A DNA stretch of 64,000 bases from NCBI GenBank assembly GCA_028023455.1, contig JAQFVV010000001.1:15314001-15378000 (forward strand), read 5' to 3'. Below the pieces are notes generated by a model. It was not told where the DNA came from. It ran no database searches and saw only the letters and a program-made list of their open reading frames with translations. Of this stretch, positions 1 through 13,445 are shown piece by piece (within the stretch, counting starts at the first letter, position 1; each line of letters opens with the position of its first letter). Made by a program: the position numbers and the translations under genes. Source of the DNA: Epiperipatus broadwayi. Its lineage: Eukaryota; Animalia; Onychophora.

Positions 1-1000
1 GAAACTTAAACTATTTTATTCGATTGTTGATAGGAAACACACATTGTTTGAAATTTAGTTCCCTAATATTTATTTCTGTAATATTTAGATCTATATGGGA
101 AGATTTGGTTTTATGAGATGAAATGTAGAAAATGAATGAATTTAGGAATTATCTATATAAAGTAATTAACAAAAATATGATGCCTCTTTAGTGGTAACAT
201 TTGGTGAATCATTTTGGTATGAAGCACTTAAAATTTCAGAGATATTAAAAAAGTTTATTTCTTGAATATCTCCTTGCAGACTGCACTTTTGCTAAAATTA
301 TTTCTTGATTTTTTGACAGTGAGTCTCAACTATTTTGAGACTATATTGTCTGGTATGCAGATCTATTGGTTCAATGGAATGTTTTGAAGAGATCGATTGA
401 TTTTTTTGTGGCATTTGTTAAAATTATTTGTGTATCAGTTGATTTGATGAATTTTTTCCCCAATTTTTTTTTTGTTTTTCTCTTAACTTCAAAAAATCCT
501 GAAATTTAATGTGTTGTCTTTTGGTCAGTTTTTGGATTTAGTTGTATATTTTGTAGTATCCATTTCTAATTTGTTTGATTTAGGATGAGATCTATTATTT
601 GTGTCAATTATTTCTGCTGTGTTATCTTCAGGTAGAGTATTTAGTTGTATAGTTAAGTTATTGATGGCTTCTATGTATTATGATGTATCAATGTAATTTC
701 AATTTCTTCTGTAAGTTGTTTATAATAAATTATTGTTTTAGAACATTAATGAACTTTGTGCTTTCTAAACTCACAAAATTTGCTATTTCCTTCTGAACAT
801 GCTTAAATACGTTTCTGTGATTTGCATAAAAACCACTGGGAAAATATCTCTAATGATAAGTAAAGAAATATCTTTTAATGTACAAAGTTGTTATATTTAA
901 AGAATGAATGTCTTCATATATAGTGAAAGTGAAGTTGACTGGTAGTTAGCACATGTTGTGATGTTCTTTTTTCATAAAAATATTGGAAGTGCATTATTAT
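1..1000 (-). mobile_element. Decayed Penelope-like element, N-terminal ORF region, runs off the left edge
   Basis: Broken minus-strand frames give LSKNQEIILAK (~290-325; cf. PLE LSxxExxVLxKG) and NITEINIRELN..QQSNK (~20-95; cf. NLxxxExxAIxELxxxxxIxIxxADK). Many stops and frameshifts; motif matching by eye. Confidence 0.35.
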
Positions 1001-1349
1001 TATATTTTTTCATTAGAGAGCTCAAATCAGTGGAGACAAAATATATGAGTGTTTTCAATTTGACTGGGTAAAATAATTAGTATATCTAAATCCACTTAAT
1101 GAATAATTTTATTATTTAAAAAGAACACTTTTTAAAAAAAATGTTGTTTTGTATATTATTTATGGATTTCTAAAATTAGATATCTGTTATTTAGGTGGTC
1201 TAAAATTTTATAAATTCATGCCCCATTGTTTCTTTATTTAATAGGTCATAAAATTCTTCTATTAGAAAATTTCATAATAAATATATGTAATTAAAAGATC
1301 TGGTCACATCTGAAAAGAGCAAGAGGAGCTCAGTTGAGAAAAGAGTGTT

Positions 1350-2900
1350 TGTATGGAAATAATAAGTAATATTAATAACTATGCTACAGTTCGATAGTAT
1401 GTGTGAATACTATGATAGATTCAGAGTATAATCTTTGCATATTCTTTTGTATACAAACTGTATCATACTGTATAACAACTAAAGAATTAATCTAATGCTA
1501 ACAAAGATATTTATTCCTACAAGGGTAGCCTTTTGTACATCCATATAAAAATCCTTTATTTTTTCATCACAATGAAAACTTGTTAAGACATGAACCTGAA
1601 TTATCTGCATTTGATATCACTATTAAGTTGAATAACTAATCTTACCATTCTATCTCATACACCATCAATATTGTCAATAATTCTGACAGAGTTCTTAATT
1701 AAATGTAGTCAATCATTATTAAAGAAACTACAGTATAATCTTAAACTCAAAATTATATCTTCTGGATATGACTATGACATCAAACAGATTTTGTTGTACC
1801 TCATCATACCTTAAGAATTATGTATTTAAACTATAGATGGAAGCAAAAATGTGCCAATAAATTAAACAAAGAAAATTAACTTAGTTAAATAATAAGTAAG
1901 TAATTGTATTAAAATATGTAGATAATGACGATGACTTCAATTAATTATAAACAAACATATCGTAAATAACAATTTATTATTGATAAACAGTTATATAAAT
2001 AAACTTATTAGCAAATAAAGCATACTTCTAATAATAGAAGTCTAATACATAATGTTTCTAAATCTTATTGGTTTGTTTCTCTACAAATCATTTTTAATAT
2101 GGAGTTATGATTGTATGTATGATCTATGAAGTGATGCACATAAAAGATACTCTATTGAAGAGGTTTTGTATAAGAACCATCTACTACCTCATATTAATTA
2201 AAGTTGGATATAGAAATGTTTAATTATGTCTTTTAATATCTTTACATTAATAATTACTATAGTAACAGCCTCATTTATCATTATCATATAATTCTTTAAT
2301 CATTTTAGAATAAGTGAATTGTTTATCCAGTAATAGTATTAATTCTTTACCATCATATGACTTCATAAAGTCTGATAATTACAGGCCTACATGGCATGAC
2401 TTATTACATTTTCTAGATTATATTATCTTTTAAAATTTATTAGCTTGTTAGGAGCCTACCTCAACTAACTCATAAGATTTACAATCATAAATGCTACAAG
2501 AGCATTTTATTGCATAATATAGCATTTGTTAATCAGATACACTTTCTCCTGGGTACATAGAAAGATAAAATGTTCCATGGCTATTTATTTACCTACCTAG
2601 GATACCTTTAGTTATCAACTAACATAAGACTGAGATCAAGGATGCATAAATCATGTAACAAATTAAATATTAATAGGAAATCATACTTTAACTTAAGCTT
2701 AAAAAACCATATCCAATGCAAAATAGCAAACATTACACTTATACTCAGTCTTACCAATGAGTTAAATAGTTACCTGTATCTTTGTCATCCAACATTCTAT
2801 CAAGAACTTTATTAATATCATATTTATAACAATAATAATTTTAAAATATATAATTTATACAAATCAAGAATAAAATTCACTATATAATCTCCTTCACTAA
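1350..2900 (+). mobile_element. Decayed Penelope-like element (RT plus GIY-YIG relic)
   Basis: Motif relics occur in the expected order: SAFDIT (~1605; cf. SFDVxS), KLYLLDMTM (~1750; cf. YxQxxGxAMG), KYVDND (~1912-1929; cf. RYVDD), MFLNL (~2052; cf. FLD) and TYLGY..IRLRSRMHKS (~2590-2655; cf. GIY-YIG YIGxTxRxLxxRxxEH). Confidence 0.45.
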
Positions 2901-5214
2901 TAATCCTTTTATATGTCTACTCTTCACAGAAAATTTTTTGAGGCATATTAAGCATTTCAAATTGTATTCAAAAATATTGTAGTTACCTAATAATTTTAAA
3001 TATTTATAATAATATACACTACATTTACATGATAGACTAATCCATTCATAGGTTGAAGTTTATAGTAAATCTCAAGCATATGATCTCCAAAATTTGCCTT
3101 AAGTTACACTTATTATTTCTATTCCAGCTTATGTTATAATGGCAATTAATACTTGCAGAAACTTTATCTGTAAATTATAATGTTCCTAGTATAGTTCAAA
3201 GTTATAATGCTAATAATTTAAATCCATTACTTTAGGCTAACATTATAATTCTATTATTTTATAAAGTTGATAATTTAATCCTTTAGAAAACTATATTGAA
3301 AGAATATCCTAATAGTTGGTATTGATCACATATAAATGCAGGAATTGGATAATCAATTAGTTACAAGTTGAATTTTTTCAGGTCCCTTTTAATAAAGTAT
3401 AAAACATAGCAAAGAATAAGTAAACCATTGACCCAAATCAATTTAACTAATTTTGATTGCAATATTAAACAGTTTTCATATATGCATAAGTAGATTAATT
3501 CATAAACTAGTATAAAATTTGTAACAATTCAAGATATCTATAGGTATATGTAGCCAACATTATTTTAACAGGGTATTACGATTTAAAGAAGAAATGAATG
3601 ATTACTGAAATATCATTATGTTTAGTAGCATCCCATAAGTGATTTTAAAATTCCATTGGTGATTTAAAATATTTAAATTTTATTTCCTTTTGAATAATAT
3701 TCAATGATAATCATTGTTGCTGTTGTAATTTATCCATTTAGGTTGATGAGAAAAAAACATTTTGCCAAATAGGCAAAATTCCCACCAGATTTCTCTATTC
3801 CTTCATGTTAAAGAAGGATAACATAATGACTATTTTTAGATTTAAACCTGGCAAGATCCCTTATATACTCTAATTTAGCAAAGACTACTGAAATTTTGAT
3901 ATGGGTTATATTTATAGATTTCTCTCATGCGATCTGTGATATTAAATATCATCCATAATATATAACTCTTCCAAGTTTGTACAGGAAAAATCTGTTCCAT
4001 TGCTAATGATTAGGAACAGGTGACTTTAATTATGTGCAGAGTCTCAAAAGTGCCAATTTTTGAGACATAGCATTAAATGGAGATTAAAACATTATAAATT
4101 TGTTATTGTACTTTATTATATATCCACAATAAAATATACAATTGTTTTTTTCACAAATAAATAATTTATCACTTTTAGAATATTAAATAATTATTTTATG
4201 AAATTTTAAAGTTCTCAAAATTTTAATTATTACATTTTTTAATAAAACAACTTTTCAGAATTAAAACAAAATTATGTAATTGACTAAGTTTTTTTTTTAA
4301 CACAAAGCTTTCATGCTTGCACATTTACAAATTTCAAAAGCAATGTTAAATTTTACTATTCTAATTGAATATAATATCGGCTGTATAATTCTCATAATAT
4401 AATTATTGGATGACTGTTTTAGTTCTATTTTATTGTAGTGGGTCTAATATCTTCTATTTTGAATACTTGCCCCTAATATGAAATTTATATGTGTGCGATT
4501 TCTCGTTTTCATATATATAATGAATATCAATGGCATTTTTTAAAAGGAAAAATTGAGAAATATGCATTTTGGTATGCGTTAATTACTAAAGACTATCTGT
4601 TAAGTTATTTTAGATAATTTTAAACAATCTAATATACTAGATGGTATTATAATAGACATTTTAATTCTATTTTTGATAATCTTACTAGCCATAATACCAA
4701 TAACAGTGATTGATTTGCTTCACTTAACAATAAAAGCCAATAATTTTTTTTTTTACAATTCATGGCTATGTCTATTAATCCCAATGGTAAAATATAAGAT
4801 TACAATATATTTATATCTGTTTTTGTTAAAATTAGAGTATTTTTATTATAGAATTTTATGAAAGATTTCAGAACTTATGTAGAGACCATTGAATTTTGAA
4901 CATATTCCTGAATATTTTTCTCTTGTAATATCTCTTCATTGACATGAGCAATTGTTATTAAAAATAATGTCTATTCTTTATTATTTAAAAAAAATTTTTT
5001 TTTGCTTGTGTTAAATTGTAACTTTTGAATCCAATATTATTTATTAAGAGCAATTACATATCAGCTTGAAGTTATTGATTGTTTTATGTCTCTTTTTAAA
5101 ACAGGCAAAGCTCACTATATATATATTGCCACACACAGCAAGCTAGAGTTCTAAATCAATGGATGCCAGAAGGCTTGTGCATAAAATTCCCATTAGTGCC
5201 TACTCATCCAATAA

Positions 5215-5254
5215 CCCCAGACAAGTTTCTGACTTATGGCCTTCATCAGTGAGG
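5215..5254 (-). ncRNA. Type I hammerhead ribozyme motif (family A)
   Basis: Minus strand reads CCUCA-CUGAUGA-A-GGC-CAUAA-GUC-A-GAAA-CUUGU-C-UGGGG. Core intact, GUC cleavage triplet, stem I CCUCA/UGGGG. Confidence 0.8.
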
Positions 5255-5422
5255 AGCCTTGGATCTGAGAGCACTGCATCTAGATCTTAGGATCTAATGC
5301 AATCCTCCAGAAACCATCTTTTATCTCCATTTAACTATAAAACTATGAGTCTTAAACTGAAAACACCTTAATGTTCTCAATCCAAGCCCATTAGCTTATA
5401 TAGTGCTCTCAGATCCAAGGTT

Positions 5423-5462
5423 CCTCACTGATGAAGGCCATAAGCCAGAAACTATTCTAAGG
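5423..5462 (+). ncRNA. Type I hammerhead motif (family A), partly decayed
   Basis: CCUCA-CUGAUGA-A-GGC-CAUAA-GCC-A-GAAA-CUAUU-C-UAAGG. Core intact; mismatches in stems I and III. Confidence 0.7.
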
Positions 5463-6959
5463 ATATTGGATGAGTAGGCACTAGATGGGGATTTTATGCA
5501 CAAGCCTTCTTGCATCCATTGATTACTCTAGATTGCTGTGTGTGGCAATATATATAGTGAGTTTTGCCTGTTTTAACAAGTTATACACAAGCATAAGAGG
5601 TGGTCATGTGATGTTTATTGGCTATGTCTCTTTTGTTTGAATTAAATACTTAAGGCATAGATTTTTATTAGGACATTTTATTAATAAAATATTCTTAAAA
5701 GAGCTTATCTTAAGCAGTAATTTTGTTGACTAATATAATCTGTTTTTGAAGATATTTTATAATAAAAAATTATTAAAAACAAGTACTTTAAGAAGAGCCA
5801 AGTTGTAATTAATTGCATATTATAATCACCATCTGGTGAAAAATTATTTCAAAATGAATATATAAATATATATTTATATATTTTTATTAATTGCATGGTG
5901 TGATTGAATTTAAAAGTTTAAAATCAATTATGAAATAATTTGTTGTAGTGTAATGTTTATAAGTTTTAAAAAAGAAATTAAAAAAACTGCATATATATTT
6001 TAAGTTTATTTGAATAATTGTAATTAGAAGGTTATAATTAATTGCAAATTATTATTTATTTTATAATGTTTGTTATATTTGTTCTTTATTGTAATTAATA
6101 GTATTATTGTTGTGAGGAAGATAATAATAAAATATTTATAAAATAATATCTGAATGTTTATCAAAAATCATACTATCCATTTATGCAAGGAATAGAAAAA
6201 TGAATAGAAATCTCATGGTTTGTTAATTATTTTTTCTCCTTATAAATATTTCATTTTTAAAAAGTCAATTTTGATATATTTGTATCAAGAATATTACTTG
6301 TTAGAATAAAATGCCAATATTATAATTATTTTTTAAATTTTTACTCAGTTTCAAAATGAAAATTAAGTTACTATAAAATCATAAAAAATGTAAAAGTGGA
6401 AAGTTAAATTACTAAAAAAGAGTTAAGAGTGAACAATCAGTTTTTAACTTGTAAAAAATTAAAAAAATTAATAAGATTATATCTAGATTTCAAAATAAAA
6501 TTATGATTTATTAACATCTTCAAATTTAATTAATTATTGGGTTCTGTGAACATAATGATCAAGAGCAAATATCAAAAATTAATAAAAACAGGATCATTGT
6601 TTTAGTCTAGATGATCAAACCAGTACCTGGAATAAAATATATTTCATTACTTTTGTTTCATTCGGATGATAATTATCTTAAACAACCTCATGTGAGTGAC
6701 TATGTAATTCTAATTCCAGAAGAAAAAAGATAAAAAAGTAAAATATTAGAGATGAGTTTTGTGATCATTATATAAGTCAATTCATGAAACACAAACACAT
6801 CTACACAGAACAATGAATAACAAATTATACATTTTCTTTTACATTTTTAACAATGAATTTTATTAAAATAATTTTGACTGTGCACTAGACTTCTTCATAA
6901 CTGTAAAATACATTTATATTAATTTAGTGTAGTTACATAAACTGACTCTTATTTTACAC

Positions 6960-7295
6960 AGAGACAAAATTCTCCATACAGTAGCGCCACTCAATGCAAG
7001 CCAGAGTAATCAAAGGATGCAGGAAAGTTTGTGCATAAAATTCCTATCTAGTGCCTACTCATCCAATATTCCCAGATTAGTTTTTAGTTTGTAGCTTTCA
7101 TCAGTGAGGATCCTTGGATTTGAGAGCATTGCATCTAGATCTTAGAACTTAATGCAACCCTCCAGAAGCCACTTATATGATTATACAAGCTAATGAGCTT
7201 GAGTTGAAAACATTATTGTGTTTTTATTTAAAGCTTTATAGTTAGCTAATAAGGTAAAAGATGGCTACTAGAGGATTGCATTGATGTTTTATAAA
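6960..7295 (-). mobile_element. Family A element, copy A2 (one long arm plus a short inverted internal piece)
   Basis: 6960-~7215 matches the A1/A4 left arms; 7238-7286 is an inverted piece of the internal region. Flanks cttattttacac (6948-6959) and cttgttttacac (7296-7307) resemble a 12-bp TSD. The HHR at 7070-7109 has GAAA changed to AAAA. Confidence 0.85.
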
Positions 7296-8999
7296 CTTGT
7301 TTTACACTTACTAGCTTGTATTAATTATTTTTTTCATTTAGAATCTGAAGTTTAAATTTTAATATTTATTTTTTCTTACTATATAGTTAAATATTTAAAT
7401 TATATATTAAACTACTTTATCACTATTACTTATATTTTAAATAAAAAAACAATATTTTCTGACTTTTAAATTCAACTCTCCTTCCTCTTTATAATAAAGC
7501 TCATTATTTTTATTTACAATCTATATGTTAAGGTCAGTATGTAAATTTACTAAAGTAAAATTTAATTTTTATCAACATTTTTTTTATAATGAAAAAGTTG
7601 CAGAAATAACTGGGGTTAAAAAAAAAAATCTTGAGTTCTGTGGGTTCGAAAAATAATAATCCATAATCCTGATTTGGATACTTATTTATAAAAGAATTTA
7701 CAAATTATTAGTATATTATTTTACAATAATATCACATATGACACAAATTTTATCTTTTTTTTTGATCCATTATTAAATATATTTTTTAAATCTTAGAATT
7801 TTTTTTTTTTTATCTTCTGTTTACATGTATGAGTCTTTAAATTAATTTGTAAATGTCAAAGTGTTCTTTATTTTTTTTCCCATCTCAAGTTGAAATAATA
7901 AATAATCTGAATAATTAGCTAATTCTAAATCCAAGAGAAGCAATTATTTTCAAATATTCCATTAGAATTTATAGTTAGCACTTAAATTTATTTATTTTTA
8001 CCTTTAAAAAATATATCTCCTACAAAAGCAAATCAAATTAAAGAAAAAAAAATCTTGAAAGGTCATCAAATTAACGTTTAAAAAATCTAACATATTAATG
8101 ATTGCATGCTAAACTGAATTCTAATCAAATAAGTGTTATTAGTGAAATTAGTTACATTATGTAAAAATAATGATTTTGTAAATTTAAGATGTAATGCTTT
8201 TTCCTATTTTAAATTGATAAGTAATCTTCTTAATTTATATACAGAAAATTTTAGTAGTAAAAGTAATTGGTTTAAATCATCACCATCACGAGTACTAATA
8301 ATTAATTCTGATTCAAAGACCTATTCAATATATTTCTATAAACATTTGTTTACATTTTTTCCTATTCATAACAATCCATCAAATTTTGTTATAAATGTTT
8401 TCAAGAAAACTTATTACCTTTAGATATTTAATGGGAAATTGTTCTAGTCTATGGATTATTTTCTTATATTCCTAGCACTTCTCACATCAGTAATATGGTC
8501 AAATTAATTGTTTTATTATCTCATTGCTTTCTCAATATATCCCCCCCCCCCCACTATGTTATTATTATTGCAATCTTTATTTTATTCAGAGTTATAAGTC
8601 AAAATAGATAAGGCATATTACAAATATAATATTCTTAGTTCATTTTTTTAAAAAGTTGGCAATTTTTAAAATCAACATTTTTTTCATAAAACAAAAATTG
8701 AAATGTAGGGTATGGTAAAAGTATTTGTATCATCATGATTTCATTACAATTTTTATTAGCACCATGCTTGATGTCTCATTAACTAATACTATGTTTTCTA
8801 ATATAAATGCAAGTACTAACTGGTTTGCCAGATTTGAATATTCAATTTTATTAATTCATGAAAGATTAAACAGTTGAAAACATTTTAATATCAGCGTTTA
8901 TTTACATTTTCAAATATATATATATATTGTAATTTTACTGTTTTTAATAAGTAATATTTATTATTATTATTATGATGTTTCAAAAGGTAAACTTTATTA

Positions 9000-9545
9000 A
9001 GATTCGGAAAGGGTTACATAAGTTACTTATGAAAACATGAGATCTTAGATACAAGTTGATACATGGTATTATATATGCAATAAGGATTTACAATCTTGTT
9101 TGTGATAAGAAAAAAAAAGATTTACAGTAATTAAAAAAATAATAATTGTTAATAACAAGATACATGTGTCAAATGAGGTTTACATAGAATTTCTAAATGC
9201 AATATCAAGAAAAATACATAGAAGCACATGATAGTATGAGTAAAAACATGTGAGGAAAGGGAGTTATATTGGTATATGGTTGTACATAAATTGGGCTTAT
9301 TTGATGGGAGTATTATAGTTTTCATGGCTAAGTTTTATTTTTCATATGTTATATAAATTGCATGTGAAAAACATGAATTCTCAGATACAATGTGATACAT
9401 GAGATTACATATGAGATAAATACATTAAAGTACAGTGTTATTTACTAATACATCTTGGGATATGGAATGGAGTTAGTGTTACATTGGTATATATATGGCT
9501 GTACATAAAATGTGCTTATTTTATTAGGGAGTATTATAGGTGTCG
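9000..9545. repeat. Imperfect local tandem duplications (period about 220-340 bp)
   Basis: ttatattggtatatggttgtacataaattgggcttattt..gggagtattatag (~9262-9318) recurs at ~9478-9540. aaaacatga..tagatacaa..tgatacatg occurs at ~9028-9065 and ~9368-9402. Confidence 0.7.
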
Positions 9546-9549
9546 TACG

Positions 9550-10400
9550 TTGTGAATTTTAAAGTTCATTTGAAGTAAGTTGGTGGAATATTCTTGCAAA
9601 TTTCTTTGGATCAATGGATTGATGAAGTGAATGTACTGTTACTCTCAAGTGGTGCAGTATTTATTCCAGAGTTCACCATGACCTGATATTAGAGCTGTAA
9701 ATTCATGTATGGTAATCACATGAGCTGATCGGAATTGGAGAGTAGGATGGAAGCGGTATAGAAAGCAATGATCAACTTCAGGGGGAAATGTCTTCAATAA
9801 TGCAAATAGCCCCTGTGGTATGGTAATAATAATTTTTTGATAAATTATGTTAGCATGTCAGATGCCACATTTGGGGGGGGTCTTGGGTTTTTAATGTCTT
9901 TTGCATTAGTTGTCCTGAAATGTCAAATTGGCTTATTCATTAATGGATTTGAAATATCTTTGCTATTGCTAACATGGGAATTATGTTTGGTAATGCTGGC
10001 ATAAGTTTTTTTATGAGTTAAATCTGAAATCTTGATTGAATAGGTTTTAGTGCCAACCACTTGATCATATGGTAGCCATTTTGAATGGTTTAAATAATTT
10101 TAAAATGTCATTCTTGCTAAGAAAAAGTTTTAGTAAATTCAAAATTGCCTTAGAAAAGATGTGAGATATACTTAATTGTATCAATATATCTTAAATTTAC
10201 CTGAGGTATTGCAGATTTTGAATGGGGGGTTAAACCCAGGAATTTTTGCTTGTTACCTAGCAATACAAAAATTTGCTTCCATTAATCATATTCTTGCAAA
10301 TTATCTATTATGCACACTGGAATTTTTATATAAATCAAGTGTTATCTAATTAGGTCAAGTTCAGTCTTTGTGATTGCTTGAAATTTATCTTTAAAAAAAT
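9550..10400 (-). mobile_element. Decayed Penelope-like element (RT thumb/linker relic)
   Basis: Minus-strand relics in order: TPHSKSAIPQ (cf. HPxHxKxAIP), IQNGYH (cf. xNGYP), HFPLKLIIAF (cf. FPxxPIVAF), ESNSTFTSSI (cf. xxxTFTSxxT before GIY-YIG). Heavily disrupted. Confidence 0.45.
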
Positions 10401-11249
10401 TAATATTATGCAATTTTTTAGGATTTGGAACAGGAACTCTTGGAACTAACATGGAGATAAGACTTAGATTTACTGTGAGACTAATTATTATTATCATTAT
10501 TATTGGTATTATTATTTATTTATAAATGTTTTTTTTTTTTTTTTTGTGAAAGTTTAGTTTAAAAAATGTGGAATGACATTATATGACAGTTGGACACCAG
10601 AAGTATAAGATTGAGCTTTAGCATAAAAACTTTTAGCTCTCCAGTCCATTACTTTATCACTGTGCTAAACTGCATAAAACAATAAGTGTATTTATGAATC
10701 TTTTAAAATTAATATTTTAATATTATTTTAAAACATGTTTTATTGAACTTTGTAAACATTCTCTCATCTAAATGTATTTTTAATATTTGATATAAGAAAT
10801 TAAAAAGTAAATTATCCAATGATTAAGTTTTATTTGATGCAAGAAAAATTATACCAAAAGAGATCACAACACACCTGTTGTTTTTTTTTAAATATCAGTG
10901 GGAGAATAGAATCTTTCATAAGCACAATCAAGAAGTAATTTTAATTTTTTTTTTTAAATAATATTTTTTAAGTAACATTCGTTAATAAATAACCATTTAA
11001 TTAATTCTGCATAATAATACTTTTTTTCCACTTCTACATGTCGTTTTTGCTATTATAAAATGACTCATCAAAGTCTAGAAAGGCTGTAGTATTGAGAGTG
11101 CTGAATTAATGGTGTAATCAAGAAACATTTTTTAAAGCATGATCATATTTTTAAAAATACTATATTAAACTTGTCAAATGCATTTCGTTTTGATTTACTG
11201 CTCATTTCTTTAGATGATAACTGATTTCCATAAACATACATACATACTC

Positions 11250-11452
11250 AATCAAAATAAGTCATATATCACATGACCCTATCTCTTAAGCTTGTAAGTT
11301 ATAAACAATGAGGATTGCCAATTCCTCTACAAGCTTTATGATAAATGCTTAGCCAGAGCCAGCACTTAAAATATCTGTCAGGAACCCCTCCCCAAATCCC
11401 TGACCATGGTTTTGTGCTTTGGCACTCCTCAGAGAGGTGTCAAGGTAGGTTT
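11250..11452 (-). mobile_element. Family C HHR-bearing short insertion, copy C1
   Basis: About 200 bp flanked by the 14-bp direct repeat atacatacatactc (11236-11249, 11453-11466). Homologous to 19360-19550. Confidence 0.75.
11398..11436 (-). ncRNA. Type I hammerhead motif (family C) with G12 changed to A
   Basis: CUCU-CUGAGGA-GUGC-CAAA-GCAC-AAAA-CCAUGGU-C-AGGG. Perfect 4-bp stem II, palindromic ACCAUGGU stem III, GUC triplet. GAAA changed to AAAA at a former CpG. Confidence 0.75.
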
Positions 11453-11602
11453 ATACATACATACTCCTTTTTTAAAATTTCTTGCCATTAATTTATGTCT
11501 TTAGGTAACATTAATTTTACTAAATTTAAGCTTATGTCTAAATATAATTCACAAATTTGTGATTATAATTTACTAATTATTGTTGCAAAACTAGCAGCAT
11601 CA

Positions 11603-11865
11603 GAGGCAAAACTCTCCATACAGTAGCGCCACTGAGTGCAAGCCAGAGTAATTAATAATCACTGACGAAAGCTACAAGCTAGAAACTAGTCTGGGAATAT
11701 TGTATGAGTAGCATTAGATAGAGATTTTATGCACAAACCTTCCTGCATCCATTTATTACTTTGTTTTGCACTGAGTAGTGCTACGTATGGAGATGTTTGC
11801 CTCTGTGAAAAACAACTTGTGTAAGCATAAAGAATGGTGATCATGCGATGTTTGGTAATCATCTG
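11603..11865 (+). mobile_element. Family A fold-back, copy A3 (short left arm, long right arm)
   Basis: The left arm 11603-~11655 is the reverse complement of the terminal part only. The right arm starts at the HHR (11659) and continues into the shared 3' tail (gtaagcataaagaatggtgatcatgcgatgttt). Confidence 0.85.
11659..11696 (+). ncRNA. Type I hammerhead ribozyme motif (family A), core intact
   Basis: UCA-CUGACGA-A-AGC-UACAA-GCU-A-GAAA-CUAGU-C-UGGGA. Palindromic ACUAGU stem III; the 5' strand of stem I is truncated at the inversion junction. Confidence 0.8.
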
Positions 11866-12944
11866 TATATCTAAGCATTAATAGATAATAGTCATTTATC
11901 TAAAGATTTCATATGTATAAGGAATATTAAATTCATATATTTCAACTAAAATATTAACAACTGTGAATTATTAATTCATTAACTATCTCATTCAGAAATA
12001 TATGGACATATTAAAAAATACAGAATGTATATTTTTACTTCAAAGATATAACATGTGTATTATATATTTAGTAGTTTTAATTAAATAATTATATATTTGG
12101 AAAAGATAGTTAAAATAAATTAATATAATTTAAATATATTAGTAAGAGAAGGTCAAGTCTAATTAATTTTAATAAATGTTTTATTATGTGCATATATTAA
12201 TTGAAAATTAATGCTGCTACAAAGTAACTGTGAAGGAAATAATATAGAATAATAATTTAAGGATTATTTTAAGTCATGAAAGGCAGAGACAGTTTAGAAT
12301 TTAAATAATTTATTTTATTTAAATGTATATCTTTAATTAAATTAAATTCTTGTACGTGTTTAAAATTGTTTCGTTTTTGTTTCCAAGCAGATACTGCTAA
12401 AAATGAACTTATTTTAAATTTAGTATCCATGAAATTCTACTTTTCTGTATAATAATTTAAAACTTCTATTTTGTATCTGTTTATCATAAATTAAATTTTC
12501 AAAAAAAGTAGTTCTCACTTTAATGACAATGATCACATTATAACTAATTGTAGTACTGAACTACTTTAGAAAATCGATTATGATACTTTAAAATTACAAG
12601 ATTTGTTTTTATTGATACAAAATGATTTGTAGAATTATGATTCTGGTATAAAATAAAATCAGAAATAGTAAAAGAATAAAAATGAGATTTAAAAGCAGCA
12701 TTAGAAGTGACCTGCTGAACTTAAATATTCAAGCATTGTGAAACCCCAAAAATACTTTAGGATAAGTTTAGAATTTTTTTTATAGCAGTGCTGTGAAAAA
12801 TAATATTTATAAATCATTAATCTTAAATAAAATGTTACTGGTATGCTTGAGAGTTTAAAAGAATGTTATGAAAATAATAGGCAAACTTATTAAAATGGAA
12901 ATAATAAACAAAGATTTCCAAAAGCATTTTTAATTTCTCTTTCT

Positions 12945-13445
12945 AGATTCAATTTTAAATTAATCATTAGGTACCAAATTTTCTAAAGAAAAAGCTTACT
13001 TCTAAAAATCTTATTACCCCTGATCATCATTTTAAATTACTACGATTATCCCTGCATACCACCCAGTGGATTACATGACTTATTGGGGTTAGTGAATATT
13101 AATGATATATGTGTAGAATAAGTTCAAAAATGAAAAACAAACTAAAAGGGTAATTAAAAACCAAGCTAACAATTTATAAATACAATAAATGAAATTTGCT
13201 TATACTTTTGCAACTCCTACCAGATAAATACAAAATATTGAAAAGAAAAATAATTATAAATATTAAAACTTAAGATCTTATGGATAAATATAATGATAAG
13301 ATCATATCATAATGCAATTGTCTTAAAGTTTTAAACCATGGTTTCTTTAGCAATCTAGCCCCGATTGTGATTATCCTCTTCGTGTATTGGTGATGATAGT
13401 GTATACAGTAAGTTTTATGGCAGAATCCACTTCTTTTCTTATAGC
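12945..13445. repeat. Interspersed repeat, about 500 bp, second copy at 19590-20135
   Basis: Long colinear similarity, e.g. ttcaattttaaattaatcat, aaaaagcttacttct, aagctaacaattta, cttatacttttgcaact.ctaccagataaatacaa, caattgtcttaaagtttt. Confidence 0.85.

Larger units (their letters stand above)
5097..5622. mobile_element. Family A fold-back element, copy A1 (HHR in each arm)
   Basis: Inverted arms 5097-~5400 and ~5401-5576, with the right arm extended to 5622. Flanked by the 12-bp direct repeat tatgtctctttt at 5085-5096 and 5623-5634. Homologous to copies at 7.0, 11.6, 29.0, 37.1 and 37.6 kb. Confidence 0.9.

Noticed and set aside
595-640. Minus-strand CTGAAGA...GAAAT
   Set aside because: No stem II, G at the cleavage position, and it lies in a TE ORF relic.
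2770-2830. Minus-strand exon ending CAG|gtaact (DINKVLDRMLDDKDT)
   Set aside because: No good acceptor, and it lies at the end of a plus-strand PLE relic.
11250-13445. One family C element split by a 1.5-kb insertion (11250-11452 plus 12945-13445, contiguous at 19360-20135)
   Set aside because: The 11250-11452 piece has its own 14-bp TSD, so it is better explained as an independent insertion.
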